Assembly: GCF_006345805.1 (NCBI RefSeq)
Contig: NC_043002.1
Coordinates: 15,872,001-15,936,000 of the forward strand
Source: Octopus sinensis
Lineage: Eukaryota
Length of the DNA: 64,000 bases
Direction: 5' to 3'
A program made the translations under genes and the position numbers. This document shows positions 23,402 through 37,430 of the stretch, piece by piece. The notes beneath the pieces were generated by a model. That model was not told the origin of the DNA and ran no database searches. It saw only the letters and a list, made by a program, of their open reading frames with translations. The first letter of the stretch is position 1. Every line of letters begins with the position of its first letter.

Positions 23402-25574
23402 CACACAAAACAACTTGCATATATCTCTCTATATATATGTATATATACAGCTAGAGAGATAGATAGATAGAGAGACATAAACTCACAAACACACACATAA
23501 ATAAATATATATATATTGATATTATGAGAGAGTGAGAGAATGAGAAGAACATGAAACATATAGGCTGTTTCTCCTAAGTTCCCCTATCAATTTGTTATGT
23601 TTCAGCATATAGGAGATAGAATTCGATGTGATTTTGCTTTTTTCTTGTTTCTGGAAACCACTTATTCGAGTGATCTTTGCACTATTTCATAGAATAAATA
23701 AACGTGCCACCATTCAATAAAAATACACGCAACAGATTTGCATACGTTCCTTTACATTTTATTACTTGGTCTTCAAAAATATTTCATTTATTTAGTTTGG
23801 GTCTTGTCACACTTATATCCATTTTTTGGTTTTTATGATAGTATTTACTGGATCATTATGCAGATTCTCCTATTTGCATATGATGATCTCTTGCAGCAAA
23901 TATATATTTGAGATTGTAGCAGCCTTCCAGCCTAAGTGTCCACTTAACCACTATTTTGATTCTTTGTTATTGTTTCAAGCTAGCTAAAGTTGGGCAATTA
24001 AATCATGTTCGCTACCTGCTGTTTTATCGATCTTTAGTGTGGAAAAGCACGTAAAATAATCTAAAACAACTTAAAAGCTACATCACTTCACAAATAACTA
24101 AGAAAATAATCGGAAACATCAGCAGAATATATAATCTTTTATTCTCCATTTTCTTAAGATATTCTGGCGAAATTGTCAATACTGATAACAGCTTATAAGT
24201 CATTCATTTACTTAAGCTACGCCATATATTATACATGACAAATACCTTATCTTCCGAAACAAATATGATTTTAGTGTTTCTAAAGGGACAGTTATTCCTT
24301 TGCTATTTGAAAGGACAGGAAATTTCACTTGTCAATATTACGTCATATTTGAAAGCTGACAGATGTATTTAAACGTGATTTAAATGCCCATTAATTGTAA
24401 ATATCTTTCCTATAATTTCTGAACGCCAACCTTACAAGACATATTTACGTTTTCTTTTCAGATAAGCATGCTTAAAAATGTTGCTAGTTATTAGTGGATC
24501 AATCCTATCCGTGGTTCTATTTCTTGAATATTTGTAAACGTCTGTCAGATACATAAATTTAAAAGATAAACAGTATTAGTTTTAAGAAAATTATAATCCG
24601 GAAAGCATTACTTTTATGATCCTTTACAAAGACATCCCGTTTTCTCAATGATAATTTGAAAACATACATTGTCGCAGTATAACCGCAGATATTGGGGCTT
24701 GCTTTACGTCACAGCGAATTGCTATGTATATCAGACGAATGGAAAATAGTAAACACTATGAGCCACTCTGATTTTGCTTTGCTTTAAACAAGCAGTTCTC
24801 AGCAGGGATCCATATAATCGTGTTGGGCCGTATAAGATTTTGTTGTTAAAATATGGGTAACGTTTATACGTCTACAAACAATAATTTCCTTTTTTTATAC
24901 AATTTATTTATGCAATAAAAATAAATAGGATGTGTATATACATCGAATGCTTATGGAGGTCAGATATAGGAAAAAAGTAATCAAAGTGTATCTCTTGCTC
25001 TATACCATTACGATTAGAATGAAAGCACTCAATATTATTTTTATAGAAAAACTAGAATGAAAGATGTTAGATGTCTTTGAAACTAGTTTTATTTTAGGTA
25101 AAATAGATCGTAACTCAGTGACGGTATTAGTCATATTATAGGCCGAGTCATGCTGATTCATCAACACTATTTTCTCAAAATATTCATGCACATTGCGAGT
25201 GATTGAAATAATGTAATTTTTGTTTAAATATTGTTAATTTCACAACTTTGCGAAGTTCAGAGATCGAATACGACATTTTATTACTGACCATTTTGTGTAA
25301 AATCGATGATGGCACAGTCTCTACCCAAAGTTTAATAACACGTGAACGGAACACGTCCTGACATTCAAAATATAACTAATTTTAATCGAATCCCTTAACA
25401 TGAAAGATAGTAAAGAAAATACAAGCATATGAAGGTGCGGTTCTGTGGTATAAAACTTGCTTTATCCCCAAATGGTTCCCGGTTCAAGCGCGTGGCTCCT
25501 TCAATAAGTGTCTTCTCTTACCGCAGACCGACCAATGACCAGCGTATATATTTAGACGGAAACTGAAAGAACAC

Positions 25575-25576
<2 letters not shown>

Positions 25577-25664
<88 letters not shown>

Positions 25665-25710
25665 CCATATATATATATATTATATATATATATATATAAT
25701 ATATATATAG

Positions 25711-25745
<35 letters not shown>

Positions 25746-25770
25746 TATATATCTATATATATATAATAAT

Positions 25771-25803
<33 letters not shown>

Positions 25804-25904
25804 AATATATAAATTATATATATAATATATATATATATATATATTATATATGATATATATCTATATAAAATATATATATATATAATATAAATATATAAAT
25901 ATAT

Positions 25905-25963
<59 letters not shown>

Positions 25964-26056
25964 AATATAAATATATATATATAAATATAAATATAATATA
26001 TATATAATATTAAATATATATATATATATATATAATATAAATATATATATATATAA

Positions 26057-26125
<69 letters not shown>

Positions 26126-26184
26126 AATATATAAATATATATATATATATAAATATTATATAATATAAATAATATATATATCTA

Positions 26185-26216
<32 letters not shown>

Positions 26217-26257
26217 AATATATATATATATCTAAATATATATATATATATATAAAT

Positions 26258-26313
<56 letters not shown>

Positions 26314-26345
26314 AGGAGTAAAATATAAAACACACACACACACAT
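25577..26345. repeat. (TATC)n plus degenerate (TA)n microsatellite
   Basis: Directly visible; follows the SINE head at 25435-25575. Confidence 0.95.
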
Positions 26346-28536
26346 ATATAATACATACGCACGCATACAAAACAGCAGAAAAATCATACGTTTCCCCACA
26401 TTGATCATATTATTATTAATGTTTGCTACCCTTTCGTTAGGTTTATACGCCGTTAATTACATAAAGAGGAAATTATGTCACTCAATGAACACAGTTAAAG
26501 CAATCTGTATCCTCTAATCATCAGGAAAATTAAGGCATATTCTATCAGTAGAAAATGGTACGTATAGGTACACACACACGCACATGTACAGAAGAGAATT
26601 TGATTATTCAACTATAAGTTATGTAGAAAAGAAAAGTCCATGCCCTTTACGTGACTTTCTTGACAGATGGTAGGAAAGAAGGTGCATATCCCCAAACGGG
26701 AAAACTTACCAAAATGCTTGCAACATATTCGACTCCGCTATAGGTGTTTGGATCTATTACAGCCGGTGATGGATAAGTCTACCACTTAAATAATGATATA
26801 TGTGATTACATACCGAATCCAACAGGCAATTATGTCATCAAACACAGAAAGGTCACGAGTATGTCGAACTTTTATTACTCTTGACTCTTTTACTTGTTTC
26901 AGTCATTTGACTGCGGCCATGCTGGAGCACCGCCTTTTAGTCGAGCAAATCGACCCCGGGACTTATTCTTTTGTAACCATGTGGTTGGTAAGCAAGCTAC
27001 TTACCACACAGCCACTCCTGCGCCTATTGTGTATATTAACAGATAATATTACTGATTTCTTCTTATGATTACGAAATAGACTAAGTAACAATTTCCAGCA
27101 TGCATATTTGAGATTTCACTTGTTCAGCTCTGCCTATTGAACCTTAAATTCTACTGATGTTGTTCTAGGCAGCTAAAAGTATTATCGTTTATAATACATT
27201 GGCATTGGCTTTTAAGTGGCACTAAGAAGTGAATCCAACCGTAAAAGTTCCAAGATATCACAATTCATACAAAATCAATTATACGTCAGTAATGTGTACT
27301 TGTATGATACATTTGAATATGTTAGCCATCAAATTTAGACACAGATTACAACGACCTGACCGAATATTTTCATGCACTTTGGTTATTACATCAGATCTGG
27401 TCAGTGTGACCTTATAATAATAATAACAGTAACATCAATAACAAAGACTGGATAAGATATCTTATAACATTGAATATTTGTGTTGCGTGAGTGTGAAAAT
27501 ACGAGTGCGTTATGGAACTAAGTGAAGTGAAATGGCAATTATCAGAAATCAATTCTCGTTTGTTGTCTTGGATAAGAGAGGTTTCCTTTTCTACAGCACT
27601 ATCTACTTAGTATGAAATGTTGCAAAACTCATACCTTTTTTTCACTAGCTATGTGCAGTAAATTCAGAAAGATTGTTAACAGAAAGGCATTCTGAACTTT
27701 ATATATTTTTCCTAGTATGAAGCCAGAAAATAATTTCTCCTCTATATAACTGTAACTTTCAAAATATGGGCCCTCAAAAGATATTTTTCTGAAACAATTG
27801 TTTAACTAAATAACTTTACTTTTGCAAACGATACTGACACTAATACTGCGTGTCGTGGAGGGAAACTTCATTGAAACAAAATAGCCCGCTGTAAGTGTAT
27901 ATAGGCAGACACGGGCTACGTTGCCCATATATATAGCGAGTAGTTACAGGATATCAATACTTTCAAGTATAGAATCATTTGGGCCATATAAAGCTGGTGT
28001 TAGTCTATATTAAAACAACATGGTATATGGTCTCTTGGAGAAATATATCATATCATTTCCAGATTTAGCGATGGGCTATTGGTAATTCTTGCACACATCG
28101 ATATTAATAACTATAAAATTCCAACTCGCAAGCAAATCAGATATTCAAAGAATTTAATTATGGATTTGCCGTTCTACAATACATGTGACTAGTTCCTAAA
28201 GCATACATTTCTCTACATATAAACCTCAATAACACTAACCATATTTCTTGGTTTTTGATCATGGTATTCAAGACTTTAAACATATTTTATATTGAACATG
28301 CGCACTTTTAGATATGATACTGACAATATGAAATTGTTTAAGTTATACTTAGTAATAAATGAATATGTACATATAAAGCAAAAGTATAAATTCTGGTCAT
28401 AGGGTTGCCAAATGTTTCGTATTCACGAAAGCTATAGCCTTCTGGATAATCCTATGAACAGAATTTTGCTTTGTATTTTAATAATTAGTGCACTTTTCTT
28501 CAGTGTGCTTCTTTTCTGAGATATGTTATATATATA

Positions 28537-28568
<32 letters not shown>

Positions 28569-28631
28569 GTGTGAGAGAGAGAGAGATGACAGAAGTAAAT
28601 AGATATCTTTCTAATTGCTGCTCTACTATAT

Positions 28632-28898
28632 TTAACCAAGTTTGTGGAGATACATGACAGCTGTTATAGGACTGACATCAATTTTTCGGCTGTAAGAGGC
28701 CACATCACTAGAATTATCCACTACACATTTAGCTAAGATAAAGGTCCAGTCAGAGGGCTCTACTTCATCTGAGCGAGCTGATGTGGACTTCTTTCTCTCT
28801 CTGTTGAATTTCACAATCATTATATTAACAGTAGATAGTAGGATCACAATGTTTTCTCCGATTTTAAACTGATTATGTCCACCTTCAGAATGACCCAC
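28632..28898 (-). pseudogene. Possible mariner transposase HTH-region remnant
   Basis: ...VKFNRE...ARS...VVDNS...RKIDVSPITAVMYLHKLG resembles the mariner N-terminal KF..G....RSGRP...V..NP....L.VS..T...LH.LG pattern; highly decayed. Confidence 0.35.
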
Positions 28899-29839
28899 AA
28901 TACGGCCTCTTTAAAATTGAGACAGTTCCAAGGCTTCTTTTGCACATGATTACACAGACACATATAGAATACGAAAATTAAAAATGTCAATTAATAAAAA
29001 ATAGAAATCTATACAAGTTAGATTAAATATAAAGCAATGTTTTTGGCTGCCTATTTAATTCTGTCATGTCTTTATATATATTTATATAATCACATATTTT
29101 AGGTCTGACACGTCATTTGACAAACATGCGATGCATGTATAAATAAATTTTGGACAAATGAAATCTCGATAGTTATTTTATTTTAAAGATTTTGTGAAAA
29201 TTAATGCTACATATTCTCATGCTGGTTCCATTCTCGAATTGTTTTCAATAATGGATACATATTTCATATTTAGATTCAGCTTGTGATCGGTACGTACATA
29301 CATGCATGCATACATACATATATACATGCATGTATGCGTATCTGAGTATATGACTAGAATTATGAATACAATTGTCTTTAATCATACATTTGCTTCCCAC
29401 AAAACAGAGAGACAGACAGAGTGTTAGAGAGCGTGGGGTCTGGCTCTATGACTCACCTCATGATTAAGGACAGAAAACAAAGGTAACTTCAAAATTACTC
29501 GAAATCAGTCGTTAGAGAGCGGAAAGAAATGCTTCAAAGCTTTCAATTCAATAACTTTGGAGAATTTCTAATTCGCGACCCTGATAAAATACTACGGAAG
29601 AAGACAAAGATTGTGTATTTTCTCCAGGTAAATGTTGTCTACAAGAAATCATGGCCATGGTCATGCGTCACACTTTTCCTTAGATAAGAGTCTCTTCGCG
29701 ATCCCTAGGGTCGAAAGTGAAATGCAAATTTAAAAAGGAACGGATTTTACTTCGGAGCGCATATAGCATGAATAATATCATAAAGGATTATGTGTGATGC
29801 TCCATATACATACATACACACACACACACATACATATAT

Positions 29840-29885
<46 letters not shown>

Positions 29886-32800
29886 GCACATACTTACATA
29901 CTCACACAGATACATGCACATATGCAGGCATTCAATTTTTCACTTTTTCCAACTCCAGGATGAGTGTAAAACTCTTCATAGCTTCTCAAAGCAGACCTCT
30001 AGTTATAATTCTTAAACATACACTAAATTACAATTAATCATCATGACACCAAAAAAAATATCGTTCCTTTGTGCACAGTAATGTCTATTGCATCAAATTT
30101 GCAGTTTAGCCCAAGTAACTAAAGCTCATCAAGTTACCATCATTACCTTGATAATCAATATCATCATCGTACACGTCCGTATTATTAGTCGTAGTATTAT
30201 ATTATATTATGTTATGGATATCACTTTTATTTTTGCATCATTTTTTATATCCCGAAGAAACGTCTGTGTTATGAGAAAATTAGCTCCACTTATTTTCATA
30301 TTCAGGAAAAAAAAAATGCCGATTTTATTTTCTGTGTGACTCTACCATTTTTGTTTTTCGCTATTTCTTAAGTCTTCTTTCCTCTTTATATTTATTCATT
30401 TCTGATAATGGAAGCCTAGCCCTCTTAAAAGCTACTCATTACGTGCTTAAATTGTTCGTACATACATATTCACACAATGAAATTATACATATATATGTAG
30501 GTAGGTGTGTGTTTGTACAGCGATAGATGCATATGTGTATATATGTATCCCTTTCTCTGTGTGTGTGTTTACATTAGAGTTGTGAATGCACAAACGTACT
30601 TGCATATACATATATATGTTTCTTTATACATACATATATAAATACACAAGTACATACACATAGATACATAATGCGTAACCTCATAAATTGACCATGCCTT
30701 TATGTCATATTTCAGTAGTTATAAAAGTAATTGCAGTGGCAGCGATATTCTATATAGAGGAAATCAAAAGTTTGTGTAGAAAATATAGGAAATGTAGGAA
30801 GATTTTTTTTCCATATTTTTTTTCCGATGAATATTTGATTGAGCTCTTTCATAGAATGAATGAATGGTAGAGAGTTGCTTAGATGAGGATATGGGGGCGG
30901 TAAACAACTTAGATATATTTTTCCATGAAATATAGTATATATACATATATATATATATATTCCTAGTTATACTTTATACTTCTTGATTATGCACACGTTA
31001 TCATTCTTATTTTTGTTCTTATCAAAATTTGATACGCTGTGACTAACAGAAGAAAACTTTGGTTGATTTTACTTACGAGTTCGAATTCTGTGGTGTAAAT
31101 TCTCCATTTTACTTTTCAATGCTCAAGAAACAGTTTGAGCTTATTTTAATCTACTCGATTTCATTAGTCCTGTTTTTAACTTTGTGAAAATCAGACTTCA
31201 TAGCATATCAGTTTTTCGATTGTCATTTCTGTATATGTCCGTGTTTATACACGCAATTTTGTATATACGATCCTTCATCTTAGATAATTGAGTGATTGTC
31301 TAAATTTTCTAAATAGCATAACGTAGAATTACGCCAAGTCTACGAATATCCTTTCCAAAACACATATATTTCACAATCACTTCTAAAATTTGACATTCGT
31401 GTGTTCTTATGAATAATATGAAATTCATTTGTCATCTGTTTTTACATGAAAGTATATTTTGATGTTGTGGATAGTAACCACGTCCATTATGTCTAGCCAA
31501 AGACGGCTGCGCTTTAATATTTATTAAGACATTTATATAAATTTGTTTTAGTCGTTGCAAACGTAAAAGATCGATGATATACCAGATACTTTCCGTTCTA
31601 TGAATAGAAATCTAAAGTAAGGTAATATATTCCAATCTTTAAGCATGTTTTTGCGGAATATTGGAAACCAATATTTACTTATAATATAATAATCGTTTTA
31701 TTTCGAACAAGACGACCATCTCACAGGCACACACTAACCTGCACACACAAAACACACACACACACACGCACACACACACACAAACAGACACAAACACACA
31801 CACAAAGAAACAGACACACACACACACAAAACACACACACAAATACACACACAGAAACACACACACACACGTGTCTGGTTTCTTCAAGTTCCGCTATACC
31901 AAATGTAGTCACAAGATTTGGTTGACCTGGGGCTATAGCACTAAAGACTTGTGTATGATAATATGAAGCTAGATTGAACCCGAAAGCTCATGGTTCAGAA
32001 AAAAACTATTCAACCACGCTTCCACGATGTGGGTAATGAACTTTGTTCCCTCCTTGTGATGGCAGTAGGAATTATCGTTGTTGCTATTTAACCTCAAGTT
32101 AGTTGTAAGATCAATAGCCATCGGTTCGTGATCATATTTTATCCAGACATTTCTATGTGAAATTTTTGGAATGAAAACCATTACATTTAAGGTGGGTGGG
32201 ATTTTAGAAGATTGTGACTGTTGTTTCTCGTAGGTGAATCGATCACTTAGTGGCTCTCTAATTGGATGCCAGCAGGATGTGAGCTGTTTAGATTTTGCCA
32301 TGATAGTGAAATCCAACGTGTTCTTATATATACCATACAGAGTGTTAGTAATGTCAGTTCTGAATAAAATACGACGATGATAGCCATCGATGCGCTTTAT
32401 TGTATACAAGGTAGACAAAGACTATCAGGATATAATGATGGAGATGTTAGCTTCGATGGTACGTATCCTTTTGATTATGATAGCTAATATCCTAATTCTT
32501 AGAACCAGATACAATGATAATGAGGAGGATATTTGCTGATAATTATGTATGTTGATAATGATGTAAAGTGTGGTTTATATAAATGATGATAAATAATGAT
32601 ATAAATAATGACAGTAATGGAAGTATCAGACGGGCCAAAGATCGTCATGGTAGTTGCGGCAAGGACGAGCATGAATAGAACAATAACGCCACAGTTCATC
32701 ATCAAGATCATGATCTTAATAATGAATTTTCTAATGTTGATGATAAAGACAACGATGTTTCTCCTGATGTTTTTGATTATAGTCATGATGAAGAGAAGAT

Positions 32801-33507
32801 GGCGGAGTTTGCTTACGAAAATTATTTCGTTAATACTTGTGATGATTGATGCTCGAGGCGTCGATCATAAAAGCATTGCTATTATGCTTAGGTGGTGGCA
32901 CTATTGATCATTGCATTAGAAGTGACGGGGATGTCGAACTAATTTTCATGATGCTGATGATGATAACCATGTAATTGATGATTTTGTATGTTCGTTGATG
33001 TGTTTGCAAGAATCTTCCTTTTTGTTATTTTTACTCTTTAATATTTTGTTGGCAATGCTTATTAGATAGTAATCATGATGCTGCTGCTGCTGATGCGATC
33101 AGTCAGTCGGTCATATTTGCACCACAGACCTCAGTGCATCACGGTTGGTTGAGAAAGTGAGCAATAAATATTGTTCAGTCAAACGGAACTTGCAATTTTC
33201 ATTTACAGTGGCTTTTAGTAGCCATTATTTTCACAGCATCCTGTAAAATACTACATAGACAAGACGTCTGTATTTATTATCTAATGTTAAACCGCAAATA
33301 TATAACCGCTAGCAGCATTACCATTGCAAATACTGGCAACAAAGCAATATCGCCTCTGTAAATATCATCTCAGAAATTCCATTTTGATTTTGAGTGCTTT
33401 TGTTTTTATACGATTGCTTATTTACGTTGAAAAGGAGGACAAATATTTTGTCAGAATAGAAAATTATCTTCCTATTATTATTATTTAAAATTTTTCTATT
33501 ATAAATG

Positions 33508-33965
33508 CGACGAGCTGGCAGAATCGTTAGTACGTTGAACGTAATGCTTAGCGACATTTCGCCCGTCGATACGTTCAGAGTTCAAATTTCGCCGAGGTCG
33601 ACTTTGCCTTTCATCATTTTGGGGTCGACAAAATAAGTACCAATTGAACACTGCGGTCGATGTAATCGACACATCTCCACCTCCTGCAAGCTACCCTTTG
33701 GGCAAAGGTTTGACATAGTACTCATAGTAATAATAATAATTATTATTATCATTATTATTGTTATTTAAGAGAGCGAGATACACCCCGGGCAAAATTTTCT
33801 TAGCGGTATTTCGCCCGCCTGCACGCTCTGAGCTTATATTTTGCCGAGGTCGACATTGCCTTTAATCCTTCGGGGACGATAAATTAAGTACCAGTGAAAC
33901 ACTGGTGTCGATGTAATCTACGTTAGCCCTCCCCCAAAATTCAGTCCTTGAGCTTTATAGAAAGG

Positions 33966-34002
<37 letters not shown>

Positions 34003-35685
34003 TTTATTATGTTTATTATTATTATTGTGTAAGATAGCAGCGCATGCCATAAACATAACACAGGGGTAAAGTATACGAAGCTCAGTATACCCATCTTGAC
34101 TACCCTTCTGATAGCGGTACGCTATGCACTTGCATCACAATCATATGTGTGTGACATAGTGATCGCATAGCAAGACAAACAGCACTCACGATTTTCTCTA
34201 GGCAGAGTAGCCCATCCCACTCAAAAGTTTGTTTAAGAATGATGAACAAAACACCCATGCTTTCAAAGGGGAATTATCCAAACCCTAAAGAGTGTCTCTC
34301 AACACATGACTATGATGTTCCCCCACTACTTCTGCTCGTGATCAGAGATGCACATATCGTCATCTACTAAAGAAAATGCTAAACTGGTTAAGGTCAAGCA
34401 ACTGACAATCAAATATGTGGTATTGTTAGCCCATCTTTTATACCAAGACAAAATAATGTAGAGGATAACACTTCCAATCAGTTAAGATCAGAAGCCATGA
34501 GAGCCACTGCTTGGTACTGCATCAGTGAGCTGGCAGAATTGTTAGCACGCCGGGCAAAATGCTTCGCGCTATATCACCCGTGTTTACGTTCTGATTTCAC
34601 GTTCCACTGAGGACGACTTTACCTTTCATTCTTTTCGGGCTCGATAAATTAGCCACAAGCTATTCACTAGGGCCGATGTAATCGGTCTGTCCTTTCCCTC
34701 AAAATGTTAGGCCTTTTACCTTCAGTAGTAAGAATTATTATTATAAAATTTGCAGCTGGCAAAAAAGTTTAGCAGACCTGACTAAATGATTGTCGGCGTA
34801 TATTCCGGCGTTAGTTACTGATTTCAGATTCTGTGTAGATTGACATTACCTTTCATACATTTTGGATGGATAAAATAAATTCCTGTTGAGTACTGGTGTC
34901 GATGATATCGACTAGACCCCACTTCACACATTTCAGACCTTTAGCCTACATTAGAAAATATCATTATTATTCTTTACGTTCTGAGTTCGTGTTCTGTGAA
35001 ATAGAATTTATCTTTCATCCTTCCGTGACCAATTACATAAACCCCTGTAACAAATAGAGGACAAGGTAATCGGCTTAGTCTTTCTTCAAATGTTACTAAT
35101 TTTATACCAAAATTAGCAGAAGGCGACCTGGTACAATCGTTTACCACCCGGAAGAAATGCCACTACGCATTTCATCCTTTTGTAGTCGATATAACATGCA
35201 AGTGTTGAACACTGCTGCCCATAAAATCGACTATCCCCTCCATTAAAATTGTTTGCTTTGTGACGAAATTACAGAGTTCGTATTATTAAATTAGCGGTGA
35301 GCTGGCAAAACTGTTAGCACACCGGGCGAAATGCTGAGCGGTATTTCGTCTGCCGTTAGGTTCTGAGTTCAAATTCCGCCGAGGTCGACTTTGCCTTTCA
35401 TCGTTTCGGGGTCGATAAATTGAGTACCAGTTACGCACTGGGGTCAATGTAGTCAATCCGTTTCTCTGTCCTCGTTTGTCCTCACTGTGTTTAGCTCCTT
35501 GTGGGTAGTAAAGAAATAGGTATTTCACCCGGTGCTACAATCATATTTTGAAATTTCACCAAGGCTGACTTCGCCTTTTGCCTTTCAGGGTCGATAAATT
35601 AAGTACCAGTAGAAAACTGGCTTTCCTGTGATAAACTATTTCTCCTCTCCTCAAATTTAAAGCATTGTGCCTATAGTAGATATTA
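33508..35685 (+). mobile_element. Cluster of about 8 head-to-tail SINE copies (gagctggcagaa family), several separated by (TTA)n
   Basis: Recurrent gagctggcagaa / gaggtcgactttgcctttcat / gataaattaagtaccag motifs near 33511, 33780, 34527, 34753, 34975, 35125, 35294 and 35525; a different repeat is inserted at ~34035-34525. Confidence 0.8.
34035..34525. mobile_element. Dispersed repeat (probably a LINE UTR segment), partly duplicated at 35960-36292
   Basis: Shared gcatgccat..., ctcaacacatg.ctat, gctcgtgatcagagatgcacatat blocks; both copies follow (TTA)n. Confidence 0.6.
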
Positions 35686-35689
35686 TTAT

Positions 35690-35913
35690 TATTATTTTAT
35701 GTTTGACTTTTGCTTCTTATTTTTACAATTTGGCTCCAAATCTCACCCAGAGTCCTCAAGAGACAACAAGTTTGAAGTTAATTTTGGTGTTATGCCTAGG
35801 GTGCCATATATTTGTTTTGTACATAGTGTTGTTCTAGAGAATGTTTAAGAAACCATGAGAAAATTATATTTGTTTTAAAACTTGAGATTACATAGAAAGT
35901 ATTTTGCGTAGGA

Positions 35914-35916
<3 letters not shown>
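35690..35916 (-). mobile_element. Dong/R4-like non-LTR retrotransposon 3' end in a (TAA)n target
   Basis: Minus strand ...ILRKILSM* (R4/Dong-type C-terminus) followed by 3' UTR, flanked by TTA repeats on both sides; Dong elements are known to target (TAA)n. Confidence 0.55.
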
Positions 35917-35947
<31 letters not shown>

Positions 35948-36311
35948 GATGTTTTTGTTGAGAGAGCAGTGCATGCCATCAAAGCGACACTGGGGCTTAA
36001 TATACAGAACACGCACGTGCATCATAACCATATATGCGTGACAAAGTGATCTCATATCAACGTAAACAGCGTATGACCGTGAATAAGGGTTGTCTAAGGA
36101 TGTTGAACATAACGCTCATGTTTCCAGAGGTGGATTATCCAAACATCAAAGAATTCCTCTCAACACATGGCTATAATCCGCTCGTGATCAGAGATGCACA
36201 TATTCTCAGCCACTAAGGGATATGCTCAACTGATTAAGATCAAATAACTCACACGGATATCTGAAGTATTGAGCAGAATATTTGCTTTGCTCCTATAATA
36301 ATAATAATATC

Positions 36312-36348
<37 letters not shown>

Positions 36349-36390
36349 TTTATTTTTATTATTATTTTTATTATTATTATTATTATTATC

Positions 36391-37430
36391 ATTAGCTTCG
36401 CCTTAGCGAAATCGGAGGTATTGTTTTCAGTCATGTTTGTTTATCCGTGGACAAAATATCTCAAGAACAGCTAGATGGATTCGGATAAAACTTTCAAGGA
36501 AGCTTGGCCATGTGACTGGCACGGACTGCTTAGGTTTTGGGATCATTCTGGTACAGGAAAAGGATTCTGGATTATTTGTTATATTTACTTACCCTGATTT
36601 CAAATATTTCCCTGATCATCTCCCTTGAAAGCAAGTTCATGATTTCCACGTAAATTTTAGCGGTGCTGCTGTTTCCAAAGTTTTATTTTCGTTTCTTTAT
36701 TATTAATTTTACTTGCGTCTCTATCTTAGTAGAAACTGATGGATAAAGTTATCAAACTGCATAAACAAACGGCAACAAAACCGTTTAGAAATTAAATAAC
36801 AGTAACATATTCATTCAGTAACAGTAATAAATTTAATTTATCCTCGACGATTTTTAGTTTTATATATCGCTCCTCTTTAAAACCTCTTACTTACTTGACA
36901 ATTGCATTTCTAGCTCTGCCTTGAAGTAATCTTTACTTCTTGGACTCATTTTTTTTTGTGCGCAACGATGTCGTTAAACCTCCGTTATCAGCACCATATG
37001 CAGGTCCTTTCTGTTTTCTTTCCCACACGGATAAACTTTGCTTTATGGACCTTAATGGTCGTAAAGACAAAGTATCAATGATAGACTAAAAAAAGACCTT
37101 CATAGAGAAAACTGTCCCTGTTCCTACTGCAGCTGACACACACACACACACACACACACATACAGCATTACATGTACGGACTGCACACCCAGCTTCACCT
37201 TCCATAACTACCATAGGGACCGATCAGTTACCGGACAAGTATTCTGGATTATTTTTCCGTTTTATTTTCCTTAATTTTTGAGAACGGTCGGATTCATTTT
37301 TAGTATTCCCATTTGTGAGAGCAGTCGAGTTCGTTTCAGATATTCTCATTTTAAAATTCGTCTCCGGCTAATCGTTGAGAGAACGTTGGTGTTGCCTTGA
37401 CGTAGGTATGCGCTCCCTGAGTGCTCTTGT
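36391..37430 (+). mobile_element. Helentron-associated non-autonomous element (HINE/DINE-like)
   Basis: 5' cttcgccttagcgaaatcggaggtattgttttc...gtttgtttatcc; 3' ccttgacgtaggtatgcgctccctgagtgctc (subterminal repeat plus small stem-loop); internal duplication of attctggattattt. Confidence 0.5.

Noticed and set aside
31969-32418. 149-aa ORF, the longest non-microsatellite ORF
   Set aside because: No recognisable domain, a non-ATG start, and its end overlaps a SINE head; likely spurious.
33508-35685. Repeat-spacer-like periodicity reminiscent of a CRISPR array
   Set aside because: Units are ~200-bp diverged SINEs in eukaryotic DNA, and there are no cas genes.
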